Part shown: positions 18,102 to 25,455 of the stretch, piece by piece
How positions within the stretch are numbered: position 1 is the first letter of the stretch
Layout of the letters: each line of letters opens with the position of its first letter
Virus record (IMG/VR): IMGVR_UViG_3300025451_000032
Coordinates: 1 to 36,626 of that record
Source of the DNA: a virus
Taxonomy: Duplodnaviria > Caudoviricetes
Length of the DNA: 36,626 nt
Reading direction: 5' to 3' (one strand)
Notes under the pieces: model-generated
What the model saw: only the letters and a program-made list of their open reading frames with translations
Told to the model about the DNA's origin: nothing
Database searches by the model: none
Program-made: the position numbers and the translations under genes

Positions 18102-19778
18102 ATGCAACAAGTGCCACCTCAACTTAGAGACTTCAGAAACTTCCTGTACCTGTGCTGGAAACAACTGAATCTTCCTGATCCAACACCCATTCAGTATGAA
18201 ATGGCTGACAGGATGCAGCACGGGCCTAAACGGGACGTTCTTCAGGGGTTTCGGGGTGTTGGAAAGTCTTGGATTTGCTCCGCGTATGTTGTCCACCAGT
18301 TGCTCCTAGATCCATCTAAGAACATCCTTGTGGTCTCTGCGTCCAAGACTCGTGCCGATGACTTCTCTACGTTCACCTTGAGGTTGATCCACGAGATGCC
18401 CCTGTTGGAACACCTGAAGCCCACAGACAAACAGCGGTTCTCCAAGATCTCCTTTGATGTTGGGCCAGCACCAGCGTCTCACGCGCCCTCTGTGAAGTCC
18501 CTAGGGATCACCTCGCAGCTCACAGGTTCTCGTGCGGATATTATTGTGGCTGACGACGTGGAGGTACCAAACAACTCAGCAACACAGTCACTCAGGGATA
18601 AACTTGGGGAACAGGTGCGAGAGTTCGAGGCCATCCTTAAGCCCCTTAAGTCCTCCAAGATCCTTTTCCTTGGGACTCCCCAGTGTGAAGACTCGATCTA
18701 CAACAAGTTGATCTCAGATCGGGAGTACAAGTCGTGTGTTTGGCCTGCCAAGATCGTCACTCAAGCCAAGAACGAGAAGTCCTATAAAAGCTTTGTAAGC
18801 CCCCTGTGTGTCGATGACGCTCGTGAGGGGATGCCCAGTGAAGCCCTTCGATTCTCTGAGCTAGACCTTGCTGAACGGGAGGTGTCCTATGGTCGCACTG
18901 GGTTTGCCATGCAGTTCATGCTTGATCCTAAGTTGTCCGACTTGGATAGGTATCCCCTTAAGATCAACGACTTGATCGTGATGGACATCGACAGGGACAA
19001 GGCTCCTGAGAAACTTGTGTGGGCACAGGCACCTGACCTTATGTGGGACGCTTCTGTTCCCAACGTAGGTTTCACAGGTGACAGGTTCTATCGACCCTTC
19101 AGGACTGTTGGGGATCACATCGACTACCAAGGTTCAGTCCTTTCGATTGACCCATCTGGCCGAGGTAAGGACGAAACAGCTTGGGCAGTTGTGAAGATGC
19201 TTAACGGCTACCTATACGTCGCTGAGTTCGGCGGTCTCCAAGGGGGCTACGGTGCTGACGTGTTGAAGACCTTGGCACTTAAGGCTCACCAACACAACGT
19301 CAATGAGATCATTGTGGAGTCCAACTTCGGTGATGGGATGTTCACGGAGATCTTTAAGCCTTACTTGGAGAAAGTCCACCCGTGTACCATCAACGAAGTC
19401 CGTCACAGCACCCAAAAGGAGAAGCGCATAGTGGACACCTTGGAGCCTGTGATGAACCAACACCGCCTTGTGTTCGACCCTAAGTCCATCAAGAAGGACT
19501 ACGAGTCTTGTTCCGTGTACCCCACAGATTCCCAATTGCGGTACCAGTTGATGTACCAGTTGTCACGGATCACCCGAGATCGCGGTGCGTTGACCCATGA
19601 TGACCGCCTAGATGCCCTTGCAATCGCCGTGGCCTACTGGAGTGAACACATGGCCCAAGATGCCAATAGGCGCATCGATGACCGTAAAGAAGACCTTTTG
19701 AACGAAGAGCTGACTAAGCTAGCAGATTCCTATTTTAAACGAAATAATAATCAACGTAACGTAAACCAATGGATGTAA
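18102..19778 (+). CDS. Terminase large subunit (T7 gp19-like)
   Basis: Walker A FRGVGKSW, Walker B IIVADDVE, LGTPQ, nuclease IDPSGRGKDET, HDDRLDAL. Confidence 0.97.
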   Translation: MQQVPPQLRDFRNFLYLCWKQLNLPDPTPIQYEMADRMQHGPKRDVLQGFRGVGKSWICSAYVVHQLLLDPSKNILVVSASKTRADDFSTFTLRLIHEMPLLEHLKPTDKQRFSKISFDVGPAPASHAPSVKSLGITSQLTGSRADIIVADDVEVPNNSATQSLRDKLGEQVREFEAILKPLKSSKILFLGTPQCEDSIYNKLISDREYKSCVWPAKIVTQAKNEKSYKSFVSPLCVDDAREGMPSEALRFSELDLAEREVSYGRTGFAMQFMLDPKLSDLDRYPLKINDLIVMDIDRDKAPEKLVWAQAPDLMWDASVPNVGFTGDRFYRPFRTVGDHIDYQGSVLSIDPSGRGKDETAWAVVKMLNGYLYVAEFGGLQGGYGADVLKTLALKAHQHNVNEIIVESNFGDGMFTEIFKPYLEKVHPCTINEVRHSTQKEKRIVDTLEPVMNQHRLVFDPKSIKKDYESCSVYPTDSQLRYQLMYQLSRITRDRGALTHDDRLDALAIAVAYWSEHMAQDANRRIDDRKEDLLNEELTKLADSYFKRNNNQRNVNQWM

Positions 19779-19780
19779 AA

Positions 19781-20428
19781 ATGAGTGTAACAACTATCGT
19801 CAAGTCACTACTACCCCCATACGGAGCCGCTAAGGGGTCTAGGAGGCCTTTGATTGCTCTTTGTGTAGGACACAGCCGAAAAGGTGATAGCGGGGCTTCT
19901 AGCCTTACTGGAGCCTCTGAATGGACGTACAACCAAAAGGTCACTGAGTACCTAAGGATGGACTTGGAGCGTCGAGGAATCAACTGTGTTGTCTTCACTC
20001 ACTATGATGGCACGGGTTACGGTGGTGCCATGACTTGGCTTGCGGCTCAACTTGAGTTGCTTAAGGTGGACTTCGCGGTAGAACTTCACTTCAACTGTGC
20101 CGATAACGCCTTGGCCAAGGGATACGAGTTCCTTTATTGGATCAACTCAAGGAAATCCAAGATCATCGCAGACACCTTTGGGGAAACCTTCAAGAAAAAC
20201 TACCCAGACCTCTTGAATCGAGGGAACAAGGGGCTAACCAAGGATGACCGTGGGGCTTTGTTCGTAAGACTCCCCTCGATGCCCTCAGTGATCCTTGAGC
20301 CTTTCTTCGGAAGCAACAAACGAGAGTGGGACATCTTCGGTAATGAGGTTGGACAACGATCACTTGCTGGATCCTACGGTGAGGCCATTGAGCTGGCTTG
20401 TGGTTCTTTGGGCCTCAGAGGGGTCTAG
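19781..20428 (+). CDS. Endolysin, N-acetylmuramoyl-L-alanine amidase (Amidase_3 type)
   Basis: Zn ligands VGH...SEW...ELHFN and catalytic ILEPFF; start could be 19769 or 19781. Confidence 0.88.
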   Translation: MSVTTIVKSLLPPYGAAKGSRRPLIALCVGHSRKGDSGASSLTGASEWTYNQKVTEYLRMDLERRGINCVVFTHYDGTGYGGAMTWLAAQLELLKVDFAVELHFNCADNALAKGYEFLYWINSRKSKIIADTFGETFKKNYPDLLNRGNKGLTKDDRGALFVRLPSMPSVILEPFFGSNKREWDIFGNEVGQRSLAGSYGEAIELACGSLGLRGV

Positions 20429-20666
20429 GAGGGCTTGTGGGGGAGGTTCATGGTAGATGACAGCTAAACCAACCATAACGGACGTTGTAGGGCATCCTAG
20501 GGAGCATTCTTTGGTTAGCCACGTTCCGTGGTGCTTCAAAGGCTTGCCTTGGGTCTCTTCGTTACGAAGGGAAAGGTCGTTACCTCCCCCTCCCTCCTCC
20601 ACTGCGTTCCGTTCAAACACACCTTCTTGGTTGATTATTAATGATTTAACTAAGAATGACCTTGAT

Positions 20667-20683
20667 TGATGCACTAATAGGAA
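20667..20683 (+). promoter_or_regulatory. Putative phage-RNAP promoter (phi-OR position)
   Basis: TGATGCACTAATAGGAA, 15/17 identical to the motif at 35016-35032; T7-like CACTA..GG core. Confidence 0.6.
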
Positions 20684-20758
20684 AAGAAACTTTCGTTTTT
20701 TCTCCTTCTTAAGTTGTTTGTTGTGGTTTGAGGTTGTGGTCTCAACTGGTAACAATAC

Positions 20759-20858
20759 CCTTAAGGACACCTAAAGGAACTCTAAGTAACCCATAAGTGG
20801 GGGTAAGGGGGTAAGATTTTCGATAAGATACTCTAAGATACTCTAAGATAACTTAAAG
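20759..20858 (+). repeat. Short imperfect TAAG/CCTAAAG repeats (T7 SRR-like)
   Basis: CCTTAAG, CCTAAAG, CTCTAAG x3, CCATAAG, GGTAAG x2 and CTTAAAG, often about 10 nt apart. Confidence 0.6.
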
Positions 20859-20885
20859 TTCTCCGTAGAGAGAAAATTAAAAGAG

Positions 20886-21122
20886 ATGATCAATTTAGCT
20901 GAACTGGAATATTTGAACAGTTGTTTCAATCCAGAGCAACCCAAGGACAGCACTGAGCGAATCCTAGAAGGCGTTATAGCAGTCCTTAGGAATACCTTTA
21001 AGGGCTTTGTGGTTACTGTGGTGGATGATCACGAGGATCTCTACACAGCAACCAACTTGGATACCCTAGAAGCCCTACAGGTCATCAATGGGTCACTCGA
21101 TATTCTTGAAAAGGAAGACTGA
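20886..21122 (+). CDS. Hypothetical acidic protein near the right genome end
   Basis: 78-aa ORF with A-rich start context, downstream of the putative phi-OR promoter. Confidence 0.55.
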   Translation: MINLAELEYLNSCFNPEQPKDSTERILEGVIAVLRNTFKGFVVTVVDDHEDLYTATNLDTLEALQVINGSLDILEKED

Positions 21123-21387
21123 TGTGTTCACATTTGGTTGATTTTTGAACACGTGGGGTGGGCTAAGGGTGTTTTAAGAATTTGGTGAAAAAATCTGTTA
21201 AGGTACGTAATGGTGTGCGTTTAAAATCCACCCCCGTCGACCCCATCGAATCACTGTTTTGAGTATGCCGGATCATGGGGCACCGGAAACACCTAGAAAA
21301 TGCAGGATCTGCGGGACTCTCCTAGTGTTTAGTGAGGGGAAAGGGGTCGTTTTGGGAGGGTCTCGAGGGTTGTGACGCCGAAGGCAT

Positions 21388-21412
21388 CTTATTGAGAATG
21401 GTTCTCATTAAG
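21388..21412. promoter_or_regulatory. Fur-box-like palindrome
   Basis: CTTA-T-TGAGAAT-G-GTTCTCA-T-TAAG; 7-1-7 dyad similar to TGATAAT-n-ATTATCA. Confidence 0.4.
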
Positions 21413-21464
21413 GCGTTTTTGGATGATGCCGCCCTTTTGTCTTTTGACCTGTTCAGTTGAACAC

Positions 21465-21580
21465 CACCAGAGGGAACCACGAGACCACGAGGGAACCAAG
21501 AGGGAACCACGAGACCACCAAGAGGGAACCGGTAGGGAGACCAAGAGGGAACCACGAGACCACCAAGAGGGAACCACCAC
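21465..21580 (+). repeat. Tandem short-repeat array 1 (GAGGGAACC x6 interleaved with GAGACCA)
   Basis: GAGGGAACC starts at 21470, 21489, 21500, 21522, 21545 and 21567. Confidence 0.9.
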
Positions 21581-21613
21581 GAAACTTTTCTGAACTTTTT
21601 ATCGTTTTGGGTA

Positions 21614-21666
21614 TTGACGTGATCAAATCCAGCCTGCATCTCTTGCCCGTCGCCAATCAACGGGAC
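21614..21666 (+). promoter_or_regulatory. Putative host sigma70-type early promoter P1 with conserved leader
   Basis: TTGACG-17 nt-CATCTC, then CCCGTCGCC...GGGACA; same spacing as P2. The -10 match is weak. Confidence 0.55.
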
Positions 21667-21692
21667 ATCAACACCACCACAGAAACACCAGT

Positions 21693-21860
21693 ATGACCAC
21701 CATAACAGCCCTTAAACTCACCGCCCGCACCGCAGCCGTCATCGGCTCACTAGGTTTTCTAGCTGCTCCTCTTTGCGGATCTAATGCGGCCATTGTTTTT
21801 ATCGCCTCGTTGCCCTTTGTGGCCGTTGCGTGCCTCCTGTTCTGCAATCCAGATATTTGA
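21693..21860 (+). CDS. 55-aa two-TM membrane protein, first early gene
   Basis: Hand translation MTTITALKLTARTAAVIGSLGFLAAPLCGSNAAIVFIASLPFVAVACLLFCNPDI*; A/C-rich start context. Confidence 0.6.
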   Translation: MTTITALKLTARTAAVIGSLGFLAAPLCGSNAAIVFIASLPFVAVACLLFCNPDI

Positions 21861-21896
21861 TCACCACCAACACCACACACACACACCAGTAACACC

Positions 21897-22247
21897 ATGA
21901 AAACCACATTAACAACCACGCAAGCCGCTCATTTACTCCTTGATGACACAAACGCCAACTGGTCACGCCTAGGGGCCTTTGCCCTTGTTGAATACCTCGA
22001 GGAACTCGAAGAGGACACGGGGGATGAAATGGAGCTTTGCCCGTGGGCGATCCGTTGCGACTTTTCGCAATACGCTAGCCTTGAGGATTTCGCCCTTGAG
22101 TATTTCGGCAGTGATCAAAAAGCAAAAGCTGAACTTGATTGCGTTGACCAAGATCAAGATGTGATCGAAGAGCAAATCCGCGAATTTATCCGCGACCATG
22201 GAACCCTCATCGAATTCGACGGCGGGATCATTGTTTCCGCATTCTAA
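21897..22247 (+). CDS. Highly acidic early protein, DNA-mimic/anti-restriction candidate
   Basis: 116 aa with 27 D/E versus 7 K/R (hand count); Ocr-like position. Confidence 0.55.
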   Translation: MKTTLTTTQAAHLLLDDTNANWSRLGAFALVEYLEELEEDTGDEMELCPWAIRCDFSQYASLEDFALEYFGSDQKAKAELDCVDQDQDVIEEQIREFIRDHGTLIEFDGGIIVSAF

Positions 22248-22268
22248 TAACCCACAAACACCGAAAAC

Positions 22269-22679
22269 ATGAAGACTAAACCAGTTTTATCCTATGACAA
22301 CCCGACAAGCGGCAGCGTAAAGGCAACCCGTGAGCAACTCCTAGAACTAGGATTAACCGACGCGGATATTGAAGCGGGAGAAAAGCGATTTGAAATGGAA
22401 ACTTGGGGTTGCTACGGGGTTACAAGATCCCTTAGGGCCATCGTTGAATGCGGGGAGTTCGGAGATAATTCAACCATGACATGGAAACACTTTTACTCGA
22501 TGCGAACCATGAGCAACCCGCGTCAATCTGGATACGATATGGAGGGCGTTGTTAGCCTTGGCGGCATCAAGTCGACTTGTTTCACGTCGTCACAACTCTT
22601 CGAGCTTCCTTGTGGGAAACTGGTAGACGTTGCGGTTATTTTCTCACGTTCCAAAATCAAAAGGGAGGCAACCCGATGA
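22269..22679 (+). CDS. Hypothetical early protein
   Basis: 136-aa ORF with A/C-rich start context, in the early operon. Confidence 0.7.
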   Translation: MKTKPVLSYDNPTSGSVKATREQLLELGLTDADIEAGEKRFEMETWGCYGVTRSLRAIVECGEFGDNSTMTWKHFYSMRTMSNPRQSGYDMEGVVSLGGIKSTCFTSSQLFELPCGKLVDVAVIFSRSKIKREATR

Positions 22680-22933
22680 GCAACGAGCGAACGGAAAACA
22701 TTCACGGTTACAGAATCCACTCATGGTATAACGAGGGGTTTTGCAACTGGGAGGCATGGATTTGTGGCGTTGGGAATTCAACGGATCCTGAAAACAGAGA
22801 GAATGCCATTGTTGGGATTCTGAGACGTGCGGCGGCTGCCAAAAAAGACTGGGATGAATCACAAGAGGATTCCTTGTTTCCAAGCGGCGCGAACGATTTA
22901 ATTCAATTCAATTCATGGGAGGAAACACGATGA
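22676..22933 (+). CDS. Hypothetical early protein (85 aa)
   Basis: ATGA overlap with the upstream stop and GGAGG upstream; start reassigned from 22577. Confidence 0.65.
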   Translation: MSNERTENIHGYRIHSWYNEGFCNWEAWICGVGNSTDPENRENAIVGILRRAAAAKKDWDESQEDSLFPSGANDLIQFNSWEETR

Positions 22934-23103
22934 GCTATAAACAACCGTTACGGATCGACACAAGGGCACGCCTAGGCCTTCCGCTGACATCCAATCGCAA
23001 ACGTCATTCGATGGTTTGGGGGTGGTTTTGGCTTCTCCTGTTCCTCGTGGGTTTTTGGTGGGTCTTCATCATGTTTTTGATACAGGCCTTTAGCCGCTCC
23101 TAG
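22930..23103 (+). CDS. Small membrane protein (57 aa, Trp/Phe-rich TM helix)
   Basis: ATGA overlap with GGAGG upstream; C-terminal WGWFWLLLFLVGFWWVFIMFLI. Confidence 0.65.
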   Translation: MSYKQPLRIDTRARLGLPLTSNRKRHSMVWGWFWLLLFLVGFWWVFIMFLIQAFSRS

Positions 23104-23128
23104 TCCCCTCCCGCTTCATTCATTCGCG

Positions 23129-23162
23129 ACCCGGCCTTGGTTAACACTGGGGGCGGGTTTTT
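23129..23162 (+). terminator. Intrinsic terminator ending the first early operon
   Basis: ACCCGGCCTTGG-TTAACA-CTGGGGGCGGGT (imperfect stem) followed by a T run. Confidence 0.65.
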
Positions 23163-23167
23163 CGTGT

Positions 23168-23419
23168 CCGAGAGCCAGCCTAGGGACACCGAGAGCCACC
23201 GAGAGCCAGCCTAGGGACACCGAGAGCCACCGAGAGCCAGCCTAGGGACACCGATAGCCACCGAGAGCCAGCCTAGGGACACCGATAGCCACCGAGAGCC
23301 ACCGGAGAGCCACCTAGGGACACCGAGAGCCAGCCTAGGGACACCGAGAGCCAGCCTAGGGACACCGAGAGCCACCGAGAGCCAGCCATAAAACGACCAA
23401 AAACGACCAAAAACGACCA
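23168..23419 (+). repeat. Tandem repeat array 2: CCGAGAGCCA / CCTAGGGACA units (31-bp higher-order unit), then AAAACGACCA x3
   Basis: Seven CCTAGGGACA copies, the first four 31 bp apart (23179, 23210, 23241, 23272), interleaved with CCGA(G/T)AGCCA. Confidence 0.95.
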
Positions 23420-23521
23420 CAAATTGGGCAGAACTTTTTATTTTTTACCCACTAACGTGTTTATTTTTAGGAGATTGGAGCGAGTTACCCAAAGTTTTTC
23501 AAGTCCAGCGTAAAAATAGTC

Positions 23522-23577
23522 TTGCAAGGAAGATTGGAGCGAACTACTACTCACCCGTCGCCGCGATTGTGGGGACA
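23522..23577 (+). promoter_or_regulatory. Putative host sigma70-type promoter P2 for the integrase-to-RNAP operon
   Basis: TTGCAA-17 nt-TACTAC, then CCCGTCGCC...GGGACA. GATTGGAGCGA occurs twice, at 23473 and inside the spacer at 23532. Confidence 0.55.
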
Positions 23578-23599
23578 CTCTTAGAACACCACTAACACC

Positions 23600-23821
23600 A
23601 TGATAGACCAGCAAACACTACTGTTTCCCGAAGGATCCATTGAGACCTTGGAATACCGACAACACACCACCATCAAAGACCTCATCAGAGAGCTTATCAG
23701 TATCGGCATCGAGATTGATATCGCATTGGACGAGGTAACCGAAGGAGACACCACACGAGCCAAGAAGACACTCAAGAGTCTTTCAGACCGCATTGAGAAC
23801 ACCTTGATCAACATCCGATAA
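23600..23821 (+). CDS. Hypothetical helical protein
   Basis: 73-aa ORF, first gene after P2. Confidence 0.65.
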   Translation: MIDQQTLLFPEGSIETLEYRQHTTIKDLIRELISIGIEIDIALDEVTEGDTTRAKKTLKSLSDRIENTLINIR

Positions 23822-23823
23822 CT

Positions 23824-24639
23824 ATGATCACAGTAGCACAAGCATTTGATAAGACCTTAAGAACCCGATGGGTTGGTAAGGCACGAGAAGAGGTGGAGAC
23901 ACGAAGCATCAAGAGTGCTGAGAAATTCTTTGGAGCATCCAAGGCTCTTGATAAGCTCAACCTTAACGATGTTGAGAACTACATCCAGCACCTCAAAGGG
24001 ATTGGTAATTCACCTGCAACAATAAACTCCAAGCTGTCCACCATCAGCGTTGTATTGAACCACCACAGAGAACTGGGGACTACTAAGAACACGCTGGTTA
24101 TTCGGAAGATCAAACACTCATCGAATGCTCGCCTAAGGTTCTTTGATGCACGCATGATCGAAAAGATTGAACAAGTATGCAGACCTGAGTTCCTTCCGTT
24201 CTTTCAGTGGTCACTGGAGACCGGCATGAGACCAAGTGAATCACGAAGCATTCACAAGTCTGACACACGAGAGATGGAGGGAATTGGGGCGATCTGCGAC
24301 CTTCGTAAAACAAAGAATGGAGACCAGCGGTCGATCCCGTTGACTCGTAAAGCAGTATATGCTGTCTCAAAGATGCCTGATGCTTACCCTTGGGCTAAGT
24401 TCGATGAAGAGTTGATCCGCAAGGAATGGCAGGTTGTCCGTAGGGCATTAGGGTTGAACCATGAGTGGGTGTTTTATCTGTGCCGTCACACCTGTGCAAC
24501 TCGTTTGTTGTCCAAAGGAATCAACATCAAGGTCGTTCAAAACTGGATGGGCCACAAGGATATCAACATGACACTTCGCTACGCCAAGCTTGTCCCTAGT
24601 GACCTTGCAATGGCTCGTAACGCCTTAGAAACACTGTGA
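23824..24639 (+). CDS. int: Tyrosine recombinase / integrase
   Basis: TGMRPSE (R), TKNG (K), YLCRHT (HxxR with H replaced by Y), WMGH (H), TLRY (catalytic Y); 271 aa. Confidence 0.92.
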   Translation: MITVAQAFDKTLRTRWVGKAREEVETRSIKSAEKFFGASKALDKLNLNDVENYIQHLKGIGNSPATINSKLSTISVVLNHHRELGTTKNTLVIRKIKHSSNARLRFFDARMIEKIEQVCRPEFLPFFQWSLETGMRPSESRSIHKSDTREMEGIGAICDLRKTKNGDQRSIPLTRKAVYAVSKMPDAYPWAKFDEELIRKEWQVVRRALGLNHEWVFYLCRHTCATRLLSKGINIKVVQNWMGHKDINMTLRYAKLVPSDLAMARNALETL

Positions 24640-24830
24640 TGAACATTAAACAAGGAGCAGGCAAAGGAGACACTAACCGCCCTTTCAAGGGTGATGAGTT
24701 CCGAAGTAATTACGACAGCATCTTTGGTAAAAAGGAACCAAAGGAAGTCGATGGGCGAGATGAAGATTTCGATATTGCAGATGAAACCATGTACGATGAA
24801 CCATTAACCAAGTTTGGATTCTTTTTATGA
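24636..24830 (+). CDS. Small hypothetical phage protein (GKGD..RP...NYDSIFGKK)
   Basis: 64-aa ORF coupled to the integrase stop. Confidence 0.65.
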   Translation: MMNIKQGAGKGDTNRPFKGDEFRSNYDSIFGKKEPKEVDGRDEDFDIADETMYDEPLTKFGFFL

Positions 24831-25102
24831 TGACACCAAATGAACTTGAGAGAGTCGCCAAGATACTCATGGATGAACCATTGGGTGTTACAGAAGCGTA
24901 CATTCTATCTTTCATTGCACAGTATGGTGCCTACTATACTACAGAAGGATTGGCTAAAGTAACTGGAATAAATACCTTAAGGGTAAAATCATTATTTCAA
25001 AACCTTCGTAAGAAGGATCTATTAATATCAATCACAAACTTTGATGGACGAACACGCTATGGACTTACAGATCGAGGAAGAAACCTATTCACAAAACAAT
25101 GA
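24827..25102 (+). CDS. Winged helix-turn-helix (MarR-like) DNA-binding protein
   Basis: TEAYILSFI..TTEGLAKVTGIN..VKSLFQNLRKKDLL..DGRTRYGLTDRGR pattern. Confidence 0.75.
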   Translation: MMTPNELERVAKILMDEPLGVTEAYILSFIAQYGAYYTTEGLAKVTGINTLRVKSLFQNLRKKDLLISITNFDGRTRYGLTDRGRNLFTKQ

Positions 25103-25350
25103 TGATGAAGATGAAAACTACACACAAACAAGGGAAGACTATGAAGCAGATAGAGCGGACAAAGATCGAAAGATCGACATGGAAGACTGAGTACACAAGG
25201 ATCATGGATTACACCAGATCTGATTGGAGGAGGTTTGTAATGATGCAGGAGTACGCAAAGAAACTCTTTGAAGAGAACGCACTCTTAGCGATCCAAGTGA
25301 ACACTTTGACCTCGCGGAGGGAGGCTCTTTACTCAATGCTTCTTCGGTAA
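25099..25350 (+). CDS. Hypothetical protein (start may be 25141)
   Basis: ORF in tightly packed operon. Confidence 0.55.
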   Translation: MMMKMKTTHKQGKTMKQIERTKIERSTWKTEYTRIMDYTRSDWRRFVMMQEYAKKLFEENALLAIQVNTLTSRREALYSMLLR

Positions 25351-25448
25351 TGGATCTAAAAATTATGCAGCTTAACATTGGAACCTTAATTGCAATGCTT
25401 GATGCTCTTATCGAGCGAGTAGATGCACTAGAACTGAAACTAAAATAA
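25350..25448 (+). CDS. 32-aa coiled-coil peptide
   Basis: MDLKIMQLNIGTLIAMLDALIERVDALELKLK*; TAATG overlap with upstream stop. Confidence 0.5.
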   Translation: MDLKIMQLNIGTLIAMLDALIERVDALELKLK

Positions 25449-25455
25449 AACAAGT

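Noticed and set aside
20360-20770. ORFs 20457-20669 (+) and 20360-20770 (-)
   Set aside because: Low-complexity translations over hairpins and the putative promoter; better explained as non-coding.
21322-21696. ORFs over repeat array 1 (GNHETT / LVVPSW repeats)
   Set aside because: Open frames are a by-product of stop-free DNA repeats, and repeat lengths are not consistently multiples of three.
23168-23420. CRISPR array, or the VPRLALG-repeat ORF on the minus strand
   Set aside because: Units are 10-11 bp with no unique spacers and no cas genes; the 31-bp period does not preserve a reading frame.
23446-23471. dif-like Xer site (CACTAA-CGTGT-TTATTTT)
   Set aside because: The spacer is 5 rather than 6 bp and the XerD arm matches TTATGTTAAAT poorly.
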